Shown: positions 1-8,868, counted from the first letter of the stretch. The stretch is DNA of 64,000 nt from Candidatus Moraniibacteriota bacterium (GCA_028688415.1 JAQTYF010000001.1:780020-844019), one strand, 5' to 3'. Numbers and translations are program-made. Notes: generated by a model not told the origin, from the sequence alone.

Positions 1-1
1 T

Positions 2-277
2 ATGGAGCGAGAAATTACTCTAAAAAAGGGGGTTCTGATGACAATTGCTAAGATTGACACATCACCAGATCTCAGGTACACTCGTATGTTCGTGAGTGTT
101 TTTCCTGAAACAGAGAGTCATTATGTCTCTGAAACACTCAAGAAAGAGCTTTCTAATATTCAAAAACATCTCTATACAAAGCTTCATATGAAGCCAATGC
201 CGAAAATTTCGTTTGAAATAGACACGACGGCTCAAAATGCAGATGTTGTTGAGAAGCTTTTGAAGGAAATATTTTAG
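2..277 (+). CDS. rbfA: Ribosome-binding factor A (5' truncated by window edge)
   Basis: Motifs TSPDLRYTRMFVSV and LHMKPMPKISFEID; sits before a DHH gene as in the usual rbfA-nrnA order. Confidence 0.85.
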   Translation: MEREITLKKGVLMTIAKIDTSPDLRYTRMFVSVFPETESHYVSETLKKELSNIQKHLYTKLHMKPMPKISFEIDTTAQNADVVEKLLKEIF

Positions 278-313
278 CTATTATAAAGCTTTATTCAGAG
301 TTATCCACATGTT

Positions 314-1273
314 ATGCAAAACTTCTTCTCTGAATTTCATACCCTTAAATACATCATTGAACAGTCTGAAAGGATTCTTCTTTTTGCTCATAGCAGGCCT
401 GATCCAGATACTGTTGGAGCAAATCTCGCGCTTGCTGAATATATCGAAAATTGTGGAAAACATGTGGATATCGCTTGTTTTGATGCTTTTCCTGATTCAT
501 TGAGACCGCTTCTTGACGGTGTATTCTTCCATCCCGATCAACTCGATCTCACAAACTATGATGCTGTTATTGCCTCTGACAGTGTCGATCGTGGATTCGA
601 TAAAATAAAACACTTGTTTTCAGAACAACAGGTAATTGTGCTTATCGATCATCATCCTGACATTTCTCTTTCTGGCGACGTCATCATTATTGATCCAGAA
701 TATTCCTCATCATCCGAGATTCTTTATCTTTTTTTATCTACTGAAGAGATCAATATAACCAAAACAATAGCAAAAATGCTTCTTACCGGAATACTCTTCG
801 ATACAGGAGGATTACAGCATTCTAACGTTTCGCCACATGTAGTAGAAATAGTTTCAGAGCTTGTAAAAAAGGGGGCTCCGCTTGAAAAAATAACTCAAAC
901 TATTTTTACAAAAAAAACCATTGGGGCACTTAAACTTTGGGGAAGAGCCTTCGAAAAAGCGCGATTTAGCAGAGAGAGCGGTATGCTTGTCACCGCGATC
1001 ACTCGAGAAGATATCAAAGAATGTCAGGCATCTGTCGAAGATATTTATCAAGTATCGTCTATTCTCAGCGCTGTACCCGATACCAAGTTTGCTCTTGTTC
1101 TCTCAGAAAGAGATGATGATACTATCCGTGCCAGTATTCGTTCTGGGGAAGGGGCTGGGGTCGATGTGTCAGCTATAGCACATCAGTTTGGTGGCGGAGG
1201 ACACAAACTTGCCAGTGGATTCGAAATACAAGGAAAACTCCTCACAACAGATACTGGATGGATAATACAATAA
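314..1273 (+). CDS. nrnA: DHH/DHHA1 phosphoesterase (NanoRNase A-like)
   Basis: HSRPDPD, IDHH, DTG and C-terminal GGGGHKLASG motifs. Confidence 0.9.
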   Translation: MQNFFSEFHTLKYIIEQSERILLFAHSRPDPDTVGANLALAEYIENCGKHVDIACFDAFPDSLRPLLDGVFFHPDQLDLTNYDAVIASDSVDRGFDKIKHLFSEQQVIVLIDHHPDISLSGDVIIIDPEYSSSSEILYLFLSTEEINITKTIAKMLLTGILFDTGGLQHSNVSPHVVEIVSELVKKGAPLEKITQTIFTKKTIGALKLWGRAFEKARFSRESGMLVTAITREDIKECQASVEDIYQVSSILSAVPDTKFALVLSERDDDTIRASIRSGEGAGVDVSAIAHQFGGGGHKLASGFEIQGKLLTTDTGWIIQ

Positions 1274-1280
1274 AAAATGT

Positions 1281-1886
1281 ATGAAAAAGAAAATCAATAC
1301 AAAAAAAGAGAAGGAGTTGCAATCTGTCAACGATTACTGGAAAGAACATTGTATCTGTGTACTTCGCACAGGAGCGACACAGGCGGTCCCTGGAAACGGA
1401 AATGCTGATGCAGATATTCTCCTGATAGGGGAGGCTCCAGGGAAAAAAGAGGATATAGAAGGTGTTCCGTTTATTGGTTCAGCAGGAAAGTTCTTGAGTG
1501 AAATGCTTGCCTCTATCAACCTTAACCGTGAAGATATATTCATCACCAATGTCGTCAAATACCGTCCACCAGAAAATCGTGATCCATCACCAGAAGAAAA
1601 GGAAGCCTGCAGACAATGGCTCGTTGATCAGGTAAAGGTTATCAATCCAGTGCTCATCGTCACGCTCGGACGGCACGCGATGGAAAACTTTATTCTAGAC
1701 AAAAAAATTTCTGAAGTGCATGGGAAAACATTCTGTATTACACTTCCAGATCTCGGGACACGGACGTTCTATTGCCTCTATCATCCAGCGGCTGCACTCT
1801 ACAATGGAGGACTACGAGAAGCACTTAAAAAAGATTTCAAGAAAATCCCACGCCTCCTCAAAAAATTTCAAAAAAAAGATATATAA
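1281..1886 (+). CDS. Uracil-DNA glycosylase, family 4
   Basis: GEAPG, PFIGSAG, NVVKYRPPENRDP and YHPAAALY motifs. Confidence 0.92.
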   Translation: MKKKINTKKEKELQSVNDYWKEHCICVLRTGATQAVPGNGNADADILLIGEAPGKKEDIEGVPFIGSAGKFLSEMLASINLNREDIFITNVVKYRPPENRDPSPEEKEACRQWLVDQVKVINPVLIVTLGRHAMENFILDKKISEVHGKTFCITLPDLGTRTFYCLYHPAAALYNGGLREALKKDFKKIPRLLKKFQKKDI

Positions 1887-2047
1887 CAAAAAATCCCGAG
1901 TGATCGGGATTTTACTTTACATGTTCAGATTTTTGATAAGCTCTTAGACATATCTCTACAAATTTTCAAACTGCGTTGAGAACTTGATGGAGAGGAGAAA
2001 TGTTTGATTCAAACACTTCTCCAAGATTGCGTTTTTGTAAAAAATTG

Positions 2048-2368
2048 TTACCTTCCCCAGGAACATGAGATGGTTTGAGCATCTTTCCGGTAGATACTCC
2101 CTGGATTGTGAGTAATAAAGGTTGCTTCACATGAAATAAAAGCGAGTGTCTCTTTTTCGACGATGCGTGCTTTTTCATCCAAAACTTCCTGAAAAGCAAT
2201 TTCTTTGTCTTCCTTGAAGGGATATTTTTCAGAGGTGATATTTTGAAACTCCATAAAGAGCGGGTCGAGAGCCGTTTTGAGCTTTTCTTCGTTCCACAAA
2301 GGAATAAGAATGAAAAGCAGAAAGGCACTGGAAAACACCCCGAGAAAAAGAACAGATGACTTACTCAT
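2048..2368 (-). CDS. Hypothetical protein with N-terminal membrane anchor
   Basis: Hydrophobic N-terminus (SVLFLGVFSSAFLLFILIPLW); no family recognised. Confidence 0.5.
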   Translation of the reverse strand: MSKSSVLFLGVFSSAFLLFILIPLWNEEKLKTALDPLFMEFQNITSEKYPFKEDKEIAFQEVLDEKARIVEKETLAFISCEATFITHNPGSIYRKDAQTISCSWGR

Positions 2369-2507
2369 AGGAACCTTTCTGAGCAAATGCTCGATGAATG
2401 TGTAAAAGAACCACCTCGAATTTCCGAAGAGAGTACTATAGCATCAGAAAAAAGATAAAGCAAGAACAAAAAAAGTCTTCTCATCAAAAAGAGAAGACTA
2501 GTGGGTG

Positions 2508-2590
2508 TGCCGCGGGCGAGACTCGAACTCGCACGACCTTGCGATCCGAGGATTTTAAGTCCTCTGCGTATACCATTCCGCCACCGCGGC
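2508..2590 (-). tRNA. tRNA-Leu(TAA)
   Basis: Acceptor GCCGCGG/CCGCGGC; anticodon arm GAGGA-CTTAAAA-TCCTC; long variable arm; GTTCGAG T-loop. Confidence 0.95.
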
Positions 2591-2604
2591 TAACGAAAAC
2601 TATG

Positions 2605-2675
2605 AGGTCCGAAACGGAGTTGAACCGTTGTGAAAGGTTTTGCAGACCTTCGCCTAACCGCTCGGCCATCGGACC
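2605..2675 (-). tRNA. tRNA-Cys(GCA)
   Basis: Acceptor GGTCCGA/TCGGACC; loop CTGCAAA; U73. Confidence 0.95.
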
Positions 2676-2735
2676 TATTCTTTTCTCTGTTAAAACAGTA
2701 TTCTCAGTGTATCGAAATTTCGCTAGAACGTCAAC

Positions 2736-2773
2736 AAAAAAAGCACTCTTCAACAAGCTCAGAGTGCTTTTTT
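2736..2773. terminator. Intrinsic terminator-like hairpin downstream of the 3D-domain gene
   Basis: AAAAAAAGCACTCT-loop-AGAGTGCTTTTTT. Confidence 0.65.
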
Positions 2774-2779
2774 GTTTGC

Positions 2780-3334
2780 TTAGTCAACGATTTCAGCAAC
2801 GAGATTTCGACGACCGAATGCGAATGCTTCACCTTTTGTTTCCATATAGATATCGAAGTGATTGCCCTTTATAGCACCACCACGATCTTCACAACGGAGC
2901 ACTCCCACGCCTTCGATAGCAATTTTCGTACCAAAAGGATACGATGGAGGACAAGCAAGTGTTCGTTTTTCTTCCACTTTGAGTCCTGAAGCAGTAATAC
3001 CATCAGATTTTCCACATTCATCGGCTGCTGCAGTATAAGCTGAAGCATTGATGATGAATTTTTCCTTCGAAAGAGATTTCCAGAGATGTTCCTGCTTTTC
3101 CTTCCAACGATTGAGAATTTTTTCTTCTTTTGAAGGAACGACATTCTCAGAAACTATTACCTGTTCTTTTTCTTCTATTTCAAAAGTCCACTTCAAAAGA
3201 AAGGGGTCCGTTTTGAAACTATAGAGACTTGACAAAGGAAGACTATTTTCTTGAGCATCTACCGATGCTGTATTTGTGTTAAAAAGAGCTACTGTAAGTA
3301 CTACTACGAAAAGAAGATCCTTTCGAAATGTCAT
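2780..3334 (-). CDS. Secreted 3D (Asp-Asp-Asp) domain protein, lytic transglycosylase-like
   Basis: Signal peptide; ASAYT, GITASG and CEDRGGAIKGNHFDIY motifs; upstream TTGACA-17-TATTAT promoter. Confidence 0.85.
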   Translation of the reverse strand: MTFRKDLLFVVVLTVALFNTNTASVDAQENSLPLSSLYSFKTDPFLLKWTFEIEEKEQVIVSENVVPSKEEKILNRWKEKQEHLWKSLSKEKFIINASAYTAAADECGKSDGITASGLKVEEKRTLACPPSYPFGTKIAIEGVGVLRCEDRGGAIKGNHFDIYMETKGEAFAFGRRNLVAEIVD

Positions 3335-3568
3335 AGATTGTCTTTAGGAGTAAACTCTGTCCCTCGTAAGGGAGAAAGGTTGGCTTCTTAAGTCAACTGG
3401 AGATAATAGCATATTATACAAGTTTTGTCAATACTGATAAACAGATTATTAGCTTATATAAAGCATTTATGTACATAAAAGATCCTATTTTCGAGTCTTT
3501 TTTGTTCAAATATCATACCGCGACAAAGAAAAATCCCTATCCGGAAATGGACAGGGATTTTACTTTGT

Positions 3569-3588
3569 TGGAGCGGGTAAGGGGAGTC
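3569..3588 (-). repeat. Duplicated 3' end of tRNA-Gly, with CCA
   Basis: 3571-3588 is identical to 3722-3739 (18 bp). Confidence 0.85.
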
Positions 3589-3722
3589 CTTTTTGCTCCG
3601 ACAAAAAGCCGGGGCGCTACACACAGAATACTCGCTCGCTCGCATTCGACTCGCGCCCTTCTCCTCCCACTTACCCAGAAAAACTAAAAGACCCAGTAAA
3701 TCTGGATCTTTTAGTTCTTTTG

Positions 3723-3794
3723 AGCGGGTAAGGGGAGTCGAACCCCTATCTAATCCTTGGCAAGGACTCATAATAGCCGCTATACGATACCCGC
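3723..3794 (-). tRNA. tRNA-Gly(GCC)
   Basis: Acceptor GCGGGTA/TACCCGC; loop TTGCCAA; GGTTCGACTCC. Confidence 0.93.
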
Positions 3795-3798
3795 TTAC

Positions 3799-3814
3799 TC
3801 CGCCAGCTGGCGGA
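3799..3814. repeat. REP-like palindrome TCCGCCAGCTGGCGGA
   Basis: Perfect 16-bp palindrome with an identical copy at 62842-62857. Confidence 0.8.
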
Positions 3815-3932
3815 TTCGGCGGACAAGCCCGCTATAGCCATCTGACATTTTTACTACACTCTCTATTTTTTTTATATTCTTCTATTCCTCTGTGGGACTG
3901 GTTGGAATCGGACCAACGACCAAGCGGTTATG

Positions 3933-4542
3933 CTTCTCACTATTGCTTTCACAACTTTTTTCAAATTTGTGAGCTGGACTATCCCTTCACCCAAAGGTAG
4001 GGTGTCTGCCGTCTAGTCTCTACACCTTCCTCAACAAACGAGGCTTGGCTCGGGATTGTCATGTAGCTTATCGCCATTTAGATTTCCCCGAATTTGACAG
4101 AGTATCACCCAAAGATTACTCTCTGGGCAGCCCTGCTAGATTCATTCGTTTTGTGTTATGATAATGTTATGAAAAAACTCATAACATGTGTGGTGTGTAA
4201 AAAAGAGTTGTCTGGCAGACAAACAGTTTTTTGTTCCGCCATTTGTAAAAACCAACTTCATCAATCATATCAATCCCAACAAGCCAGAGGCTTAGAGAGA
4301 AAGATGTCACTTTTGAAACAGTTTGGTGGAAAATGTTCAGTTTGTGGCTATAACAAAAATCTTGCCGCATTGACTTTTCACCATATTGACCCAAAAGAAA
4401 AAAGATTTCAGCTGGATATGAGATCTCTTTCAAACAGAAAGCAATCTCATATTGACGAGGAAGCAAGCAAATGTTTGCTTATTTGCAATAACTGTCACGC
4501 CGAATTACACAATCCACAACACAATTTAGAATGAACTCTTTG
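3933..4542 (-). ncRNA. Group I intron (610 nt) inserted between U33 and C34
   Basis: Core P (AAATTCGGGGAA), Q (AATCCCGAGC), R (GTAGAGACTAGACGG) and S (AAGGGATAGTCC); guide GGCTGC pairs with exon GCGGCU giving the U-G pair; terminal G. Confidence 0.92.
4169..4534 (+). CDS. HNH endonuclease (putative homing endonuclease), antisense within the intron
   Basis: N-terminal CxxC/CxxxC Zn motif, then CSVCG...FHHIDP...CLLICNNCHAELH; start placed at the ATG outside the ribozyme core. Confidence 0.85.
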   Translation: MKKLITCVVCKKELSGRQTVFCSAICKNQLHQSYQSQQARGLERKMSLLKQFGGKCSVCGYNKNLAALTFHHIDPKEKRFQLDMRSLSNRKQSHIDEEASKCLLICNNCHAELHNPQHNLE

Positions 4543-4603
4543 AGCCGCGCGCTCTACCACTGAGCTACAGTCCCACTACGCTTTACCTATTGACTACTCT
4601 TTT

Positions 4604-4634
4604 CTCTTCACAGACTTTTGTGCCGAGGGACAGG
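4604..4634 (-). repeat. Duplicated 3' end and trailer of tRNA-Phe
   Basis: 29/31 identical to 4792-4822. Confidence 0.85.
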
Positions 4635-4808
4635 TATTTCACTACTCGTCCTTCGGGCTGCGTTCTCTAGGACTTCCGTCCTTGAGTCCTGCTTCGCAGG
4701 TCACCTCAAACGGGCAAACAAATGTTTTCCCGACCCCTTTCCTGTTCAATCGTAACATTTTGAAAGGTTCTTGAGAACAACCTTATTCTTACTCTTTACA
4801 GACTTTTG

Positions 4809-4880
<72 letters not shown>

Positions 4881-4949
4881 ATCATCGCAAACAAACTCAT
4901 GTGTATATCCAGTGTATAACTCTTCTTTTTCTTTTTTATAAGCCGTTTG

Positions 4950-5023
4950 TGCGCGCTCAAGGATTCGAACCTTGGACCCCCTCGGTGTAAACGAGGTGCT
5001 CTAACCAACTGAGCTAAGCGCGC
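4950..5023 (-). tRNA. tRNA-Val(TAC)
   Basis: Acceptor GCGCGCT/AGCGCGC; CCTCG-TTTACAC-CGAGG; GGTTCGAATCC. Confidence 0.95.
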
Positions 5024-5052
5024 CCAATACTACTTACTATTCATTCATTCTG

Positions 5053-5135
5053 TGCCCAGGAGAAGACTCGAACTTCCAATCCCTTGCGAGAACTAGCACC
5101 TCAAGCTAGCGCGTATACCATTCCGCCACCTGGGC
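5053..5135 (-). tRNA. tRNA-Leu(GAG)
   Basis: Acceptor GCCCAGG/CCTGGGC; CTAGC-TTGAGGT-GCTAG; variable arm. Confidence 0.95.
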
Positions 5136-5226
5136 TTAAACCCACATTGGGTTATATACCTACACCATTCCGACTACTCAATTTGGGGAAAGACTCCAAT
5201 TCTTATCGAATCAAAGTCTGGGGAGG

Positions 5227-5652
5227 CTATTTTACTTCTTCAGTCACTACAGGAGCAACCACTTCTTTCTTAGCTACTTTAAGAGAACTTTTCTTCACAA
5301 CAACTTCTTTCAATTTCTTACTCAATACTTTAACAGACTTATCACGAACAAAATAGAGCTTGGCACGACGTGCACGCGTACGCTTCACAAATTCAATTTT
5401 CTCAATTTGTGGCGAAGACAAAGGAAAAACTATCTCGACACCGACATTGAAAGACACTTTTCGTACAGTAATAGTCTTGGAAGCGCTCTGTCCTCCCTTG
5501 ATAGCAATAATTGTTCCCTGAAATGATTGCAAACGTTCTTTTCCGCCTTCTTTGATCTTACGAAAAATCTTGACAACATCCCCAGACTGAATCTCAGGTA
5601 TATCAAGAGGTTTTCTCTGCTTTAAATTAAAAGATATCAATTTCTGTTCCAT
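5227..5652 (-). CDS. rplS: 50S ribosomal protein L19
   Basis: GDVVKI, ERLQSFQG, TVRKVSFNVGVE and RRAKLYFVR motifs. Confidence 0.97.
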   Translation of the reverse strand: MEQKLISFNLKQRKPLDIPEIQSGDVVKIFRKIKEGGKERLQSFQGTIIAIKGGQSASKTITVRKVSFNVGVEIVFPLSSPQIEKIEFVKRTRARRAKLYFVRDKSVKVLSKKLKEVVVKKSSLKVAKKEVVAPVVTEEVK

Positions 5653-5734
5653 AATAGTGCGCTACCCAAGAGGCTTTTTGTTCTGAAAAAGCACGAGCAA
5701 ATAAAAAAATTAAAAAGAAAAACCTTGACCTTTG

Positions 5735-6763
5735 TTATTGTACTAACAGGCTTTCTAAGGCCTCATCATCATACCCTGCATCTCGCGTTTCGTCAATATC
5801 TCTCAAGACTGTTCGAAAATCAGGAGCTAGTGGCGCAAAAAAGGCATATTTCTTGGCAAAGAGAGTGAATTCCAAACAAGAAGCGTGGAGCAACTGTCGC
5901 TTCACAAGAAGATTCTTTTCTTGTCGTACGTATTTCGATGCATACAGTGTATCACCAACAATGGGATTACCTATGGAAGCGAGATGAACGCGTATCTGAT
6001 GCGTACGACCAGTACGAGGCATCACCTCGAGGAGATCATATGCTCCGTAGCGAGCAATGACACGATACAATGTTTGTGCCTGACGCGCGCCTTCTGGCAC
6101 ATCGTTCGTCTCTACAACAAAACGTTTCAACTCACCCGAACGACGAATAAGGGGTTTATTGATTTCACCTGAAAGAAACTCTGTATGTCCGTACACGAGA
6201 GCGAGATATGTTTTTTTAATTTTTCGGTCATGAAAAAGCTCTTTGAGACTATCAAAGGATGCTTCTGTCCGGGCTACCACTAATACTCCTGAAGTATCAC
6301 GATCAAGGCGATGAACGATACCAGGACGAAGAGCATCTCCACCAATATCACGAGTTTCTGGATATTGTGCAATAAGAGAGTGAACGAGTGTTTTTCGTTC
6401 ATCTCTGCCCGCCGGGTGAACCTGAAGACCAAAGGGTTTATTGATAGCGATCAAATATTCATCTTCATACAGAATCGTGAGAGGAGAATCATGAAAGGGC
6501 TCTACTACCAAAACAGGGGAAATAAAGGCTTCTTGTGGCAAAGTAATCACATCATGGAGCTTCATCTTGCATGTTGCTTTCGCGACTACTCCATTCAACG
6601 ATATCTTTCCTTCATTTGCCAAAGAAGCAATCATATTCCTTGAACACTTCTTTTCTGGAAAGCTTTCTTGTAATAAATCAAAAACAGCCACATCAAGTCG
6701 TTTATCGACGAGGTGACGAGGAATTTCTAGAAAGATATTTCCTGCTGATGGAGGTATGTACAT
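5735..6763 (-). CDS. rluD: RluA/RluD family pseudouridine synthase
   Basis: S4-like N-terminus; HRLDRDTSG and TGRTHQIRVH motifs. Confidence 0.9.
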   Translation of the reverse strand: MYIPPSAGNIFLEIPRHLVDKRLDVAVFDLLQESFPEKKCSRNMIASLANEGKISLNGVVAKATCKMKLHDVITLPQEAFISPVLVVEPFHDSPLTILYEDEYLIAINKPFGLQVHPAGRDERKTLVHSLIAQYPETRDIGGDALRPGIVHRLDRDTSGVLVVARTEASFDSLKELFHDRKIKKTYLALVYGHTEFLSGEINKPLIRRSGELKRFVVETNDVPEGARQAQTLYRVIARYGAYDLLEVMPRTGRTHQIRVHLASIGNPIVGDTLYASKYVRQEKNLLVKRQLLHASCLEFTLFAKKYAFFAPLAPDFRTVLRDIDETRDAGYDDEALESLLVQ

Positions 6764-6833
6764 AATAAACCAGACTGACTACACAAATAACAGACTCTGA
6801 AGTATACTATATGGTATTGAGCTGAAGAGCAAG

Positions 6834-6869
6834 CCTGCCCGCAACGCTTCGCGTAGCGATGCAGGCGGG
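6834..6869. repeat. 36-bp REP-like hairpin element
   Basis: CCTGCCCGCAACGCTTCGCGTAGCGATGCAGGCGGG; 31/36 identical to 45647-45682. Confidence 0.8.
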
Positions 6870-6896
6870 GCTCGTCTAATAAATATAAGCTACTGT

Positions 6897-7910
6897 ATGA
6901 AAATTGCATTTTTCGAAACGAGCGCAAGTGATCAAGCGTTTCTCAGTCCGCTTCTGCAGGGTCACGATGTTTCGTTTTTTTCCGAACCTTTGACAAAGGA
7001 AAATGTCACTGTTGCTTCGGAATATGAAGTTGTTTCTGTGTTTATCTACTCGACACTCACTGCTGATATTATTGATCAATTACACAATGTCCGTTGTATC
7101 GCAACACGTTCCACAGGATTCGACCATATCGATCTTCCGACGTGTGAAACAAAAGACATCACCGTACTCCATGTTCCTCACTATGGCGAGAACACTGTAG
7201 CAGAACACGCCTTTGCTCTCATTCTCGCTCTTTCTCGTAATGTCCATAAATCCTATGCACGAGGACTCAAAGAAGACTTTTCTATCGAGGGTCTTATCGG
7301 GTTTGACCTGAAAGACAAAACTCTTGGTGTCATCGGAACAGGACGTATCGGACTACATGTTATTCGTATTGCCAAAGGTTTTGGCATGCATGTGCTCGCC
7401 TTTGATGTCTTTCATAATACACTCCTTTCTGAAATACTCCATTTCAGTTATGCATCACTCGATGAGGTACTTGCTCAGTCTGATATCATCACCCTACATA
7501 CTCCCTACAATAAACACACTCACCATCTCATCAATAACGAAACGATCAAAAAAATCAAGAAGGGAGCGCTTCTCATCAACACCGCTCGCGGTGGTCTTAT
7601 CGAAAACGAAGCCCTTATCAAAGCGCTCGATGAAAAAATTCTCTCAGGAGCTGGTCTTGACGTCCTCGAGGGAGAAGAATACATCAAAGAAGAAGGGCAG
7701 TGTCTCCACGAAGATTGCGCGCCTTCTCGTGCACATCAGATTGATCAAAACAAGAACCTCTTGAGCCGTGATAACGTCGTATTCACTCCTCATATCGGAT
7801 TTTACAGTGAAGAAGCTCTCAAGCGCATTCTTGAAACAACCGCAGAAAATATCGTACAATACGGTCTTGGAAAGAAAGAAAATCAAGTTCATTCTTTGTC
7901 TCAAAAATAG
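6897..7910 (+). CDS. ldhA: D-2-hydroxyacid (D-lactate) dehydrogenase
   Basis: RSTGFDHID, GTGRIG, INTARG, GLDVLEGE and TPHIGFY motifs. Confidence 0.85.
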   Translation: MKIAFFETSASDQAFLSPLLQGHDVSFFSEPLTKENVTVASEYEVVSVFIYSTLTADIIDQLHNVRCIATRSTGFDHIDLPTCETKDITVLHVPHYGENTVAEHAFALILALSRNVHKSYARGLKEDFSIEGLIGFDLKDKTLGVIGTGRIGLHVIRIAKGFGMHVLAFDVFHNTLLSEILHFSYASLDEVLAQSDIITLHTPYNKHTHHLINNETIKKIKKGALLINTARGGLIENEALIKALDEKILSGAGLDVLEGEEYIKEEGQCLHEDCAPSRAHQIDQNKNLLSRDNVVFTPHIGFYSEEALKRILETTAENIVQYGLGKKENQVHSLSQK

Positions 7911-8067
7911 ATTTTAAAAGAAAGAAGGAGAGCGCTTCTCTTTTCCATTGCACAGAAAGCTTTTTTCTGTGTTTTTTTCTTTTTCTTCATTCATCTCTTT
8001 TCCTCTTTTTTCCTGAAAAAAAATCTTTGCCTCTTTCTTCTCAATTGTGTATGAAAATATATCTCTA

Positions 8068-8083
8068 CCACTATATATAGTTG
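8068..8083. promoter_or_regulatory. Putative NrdR box
   Basis: CCACTATATATAGTTG fits the consensus acaCwAtATaTwGtgt and lies upstream of an operon ending in nrdAB. Confidence 0.6.
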
Positions 8084-8138
8084 AAAACAAAAAATAAAAG
8101 AAAAATAGTCTCCATTTGTCGGCTTAAAATGGGGCAAG

Positions 8139-8167
8139 TTGACACATCGAAATCAACCCTCTATTAT
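8139..8167 (+). promoter_or_regulatory. Sigma70 promoter of ahpC-sod-nrdAB
   Basis: TTGACA-17 nt-TATTAT. Confidence 0.7.
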
Positions 8168-8211
8168 GGGGAGACCGTCAGTTTATTTTAATCAACACTA
8201 ACAGTAAAAAT

Positions 8212-8850
8212 ATGGAACAAGAATCATGTTGTGGAGGCAGTTGTCATGAAGAAGAAATGGGGATGGAAAATGGATTTTTTCCTGTGATCGGGAAGAAGGT
8301 TCCTAATCTTGAATTCGACTATTTTCAGAAAGAAAGTTTTCATACATCACATTTTTCTGATTATCGTGGAAAATGGACTATCGTGTTTTTTTATCCTGCT
8401 GACTTCACATTTATTTGTCCAACAGAACTGGAAGAAATGCAGAATAATTATGCCAAATTCCAGGAACTCGGAGCAGAAATTCTTTCGGTATCCACTGATA
8501 CCAAATTCACTCACAAGGCATGGCATGATCACTCTCCTGCTATCAAAAATATCGAGTATCCTATGGTCGCTGACCCTACTGGTGATATCGCTCGTACATT
8601 CGGTGTTTACATCGAAGAAGGAGATGATAAAGGACTCAGTCTTCGAGGGAGTTTTATTATTGATCCAGACGGCGTTCTTCAGGCATATGAAGTCCATGCG
8701 AACAATGTCGGACGAAGTGCAAGTGAGCTTCTCCGTAAATTGGAAGCAGCGCTCTTCGTAAGAGAACACGGCGGAGAAGTCTGTCCTGCAAACTGGAAGC
8801 CAGGAGCCAAAACACTCAAGCCAGGTATTGAATTGGTTGGGAAAATCTAA
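8212..8850 (+). CDS. ahpC: 2-Cys peroxiredoxin (AhpC)
   Basis: FYPADFTFICPTE and GEVCPANW motifs; Cys/His-rich N-terminal extension. Confidence 0.93.
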   Translation: MEQESCCGGSCHEEEMGMENGFFPVIGKKVPNLEFDYFQKESFHTSHFSDYRGKWTIVFFYPADFTFICPTELEEMQNNYAKFQELGAEILSVSTDTKFTHKAWHDHSPAIKNIEYPMVADPTGDIARTFGVYIEEGDDKGLSLRGSFIIDPDGVLQAYEVHANNVGRSASELLRKLEAALFVREHGGEVCPANWKPGAKTLKPGIELVGKI

Positions 8851-8868
8851 ATCACAATACAAAATACT

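Larger units (their letters stand above)
3893..4574 (-). tRNA. Intron-containing tRNA(CAT), most likely tRNA-Ile2 (elongator Met not excluded); exons 4574-4543 and 3932-3893
   Basis: Joined exons give GGGACTGTAGCTCAGTGGTAGAGCGCGCGGCT|CATAACCGCTTGGTCGTTGGTCCGATTCCAACCAGTCCCA; no initiator features. Confidence 0.88.

Noticed and set aside
1966-2386. Programmed frameshift joining two overlapping minus-strand ORFs
   Set aside because: No recognisable domain or slippery-site evidence; the second frame looks spurious
3335-3430. c-di-AMP riboswitch before the 3D-domain gene
   Set aside because: The leader is only about 60 nt and lacks the ydaO consensus
4094-4168. TTG start for the HNH ORF
   Set aside because: It overlaps the ribozyme P1-P3 core; the ATG at 4169 gives a cleaner protein
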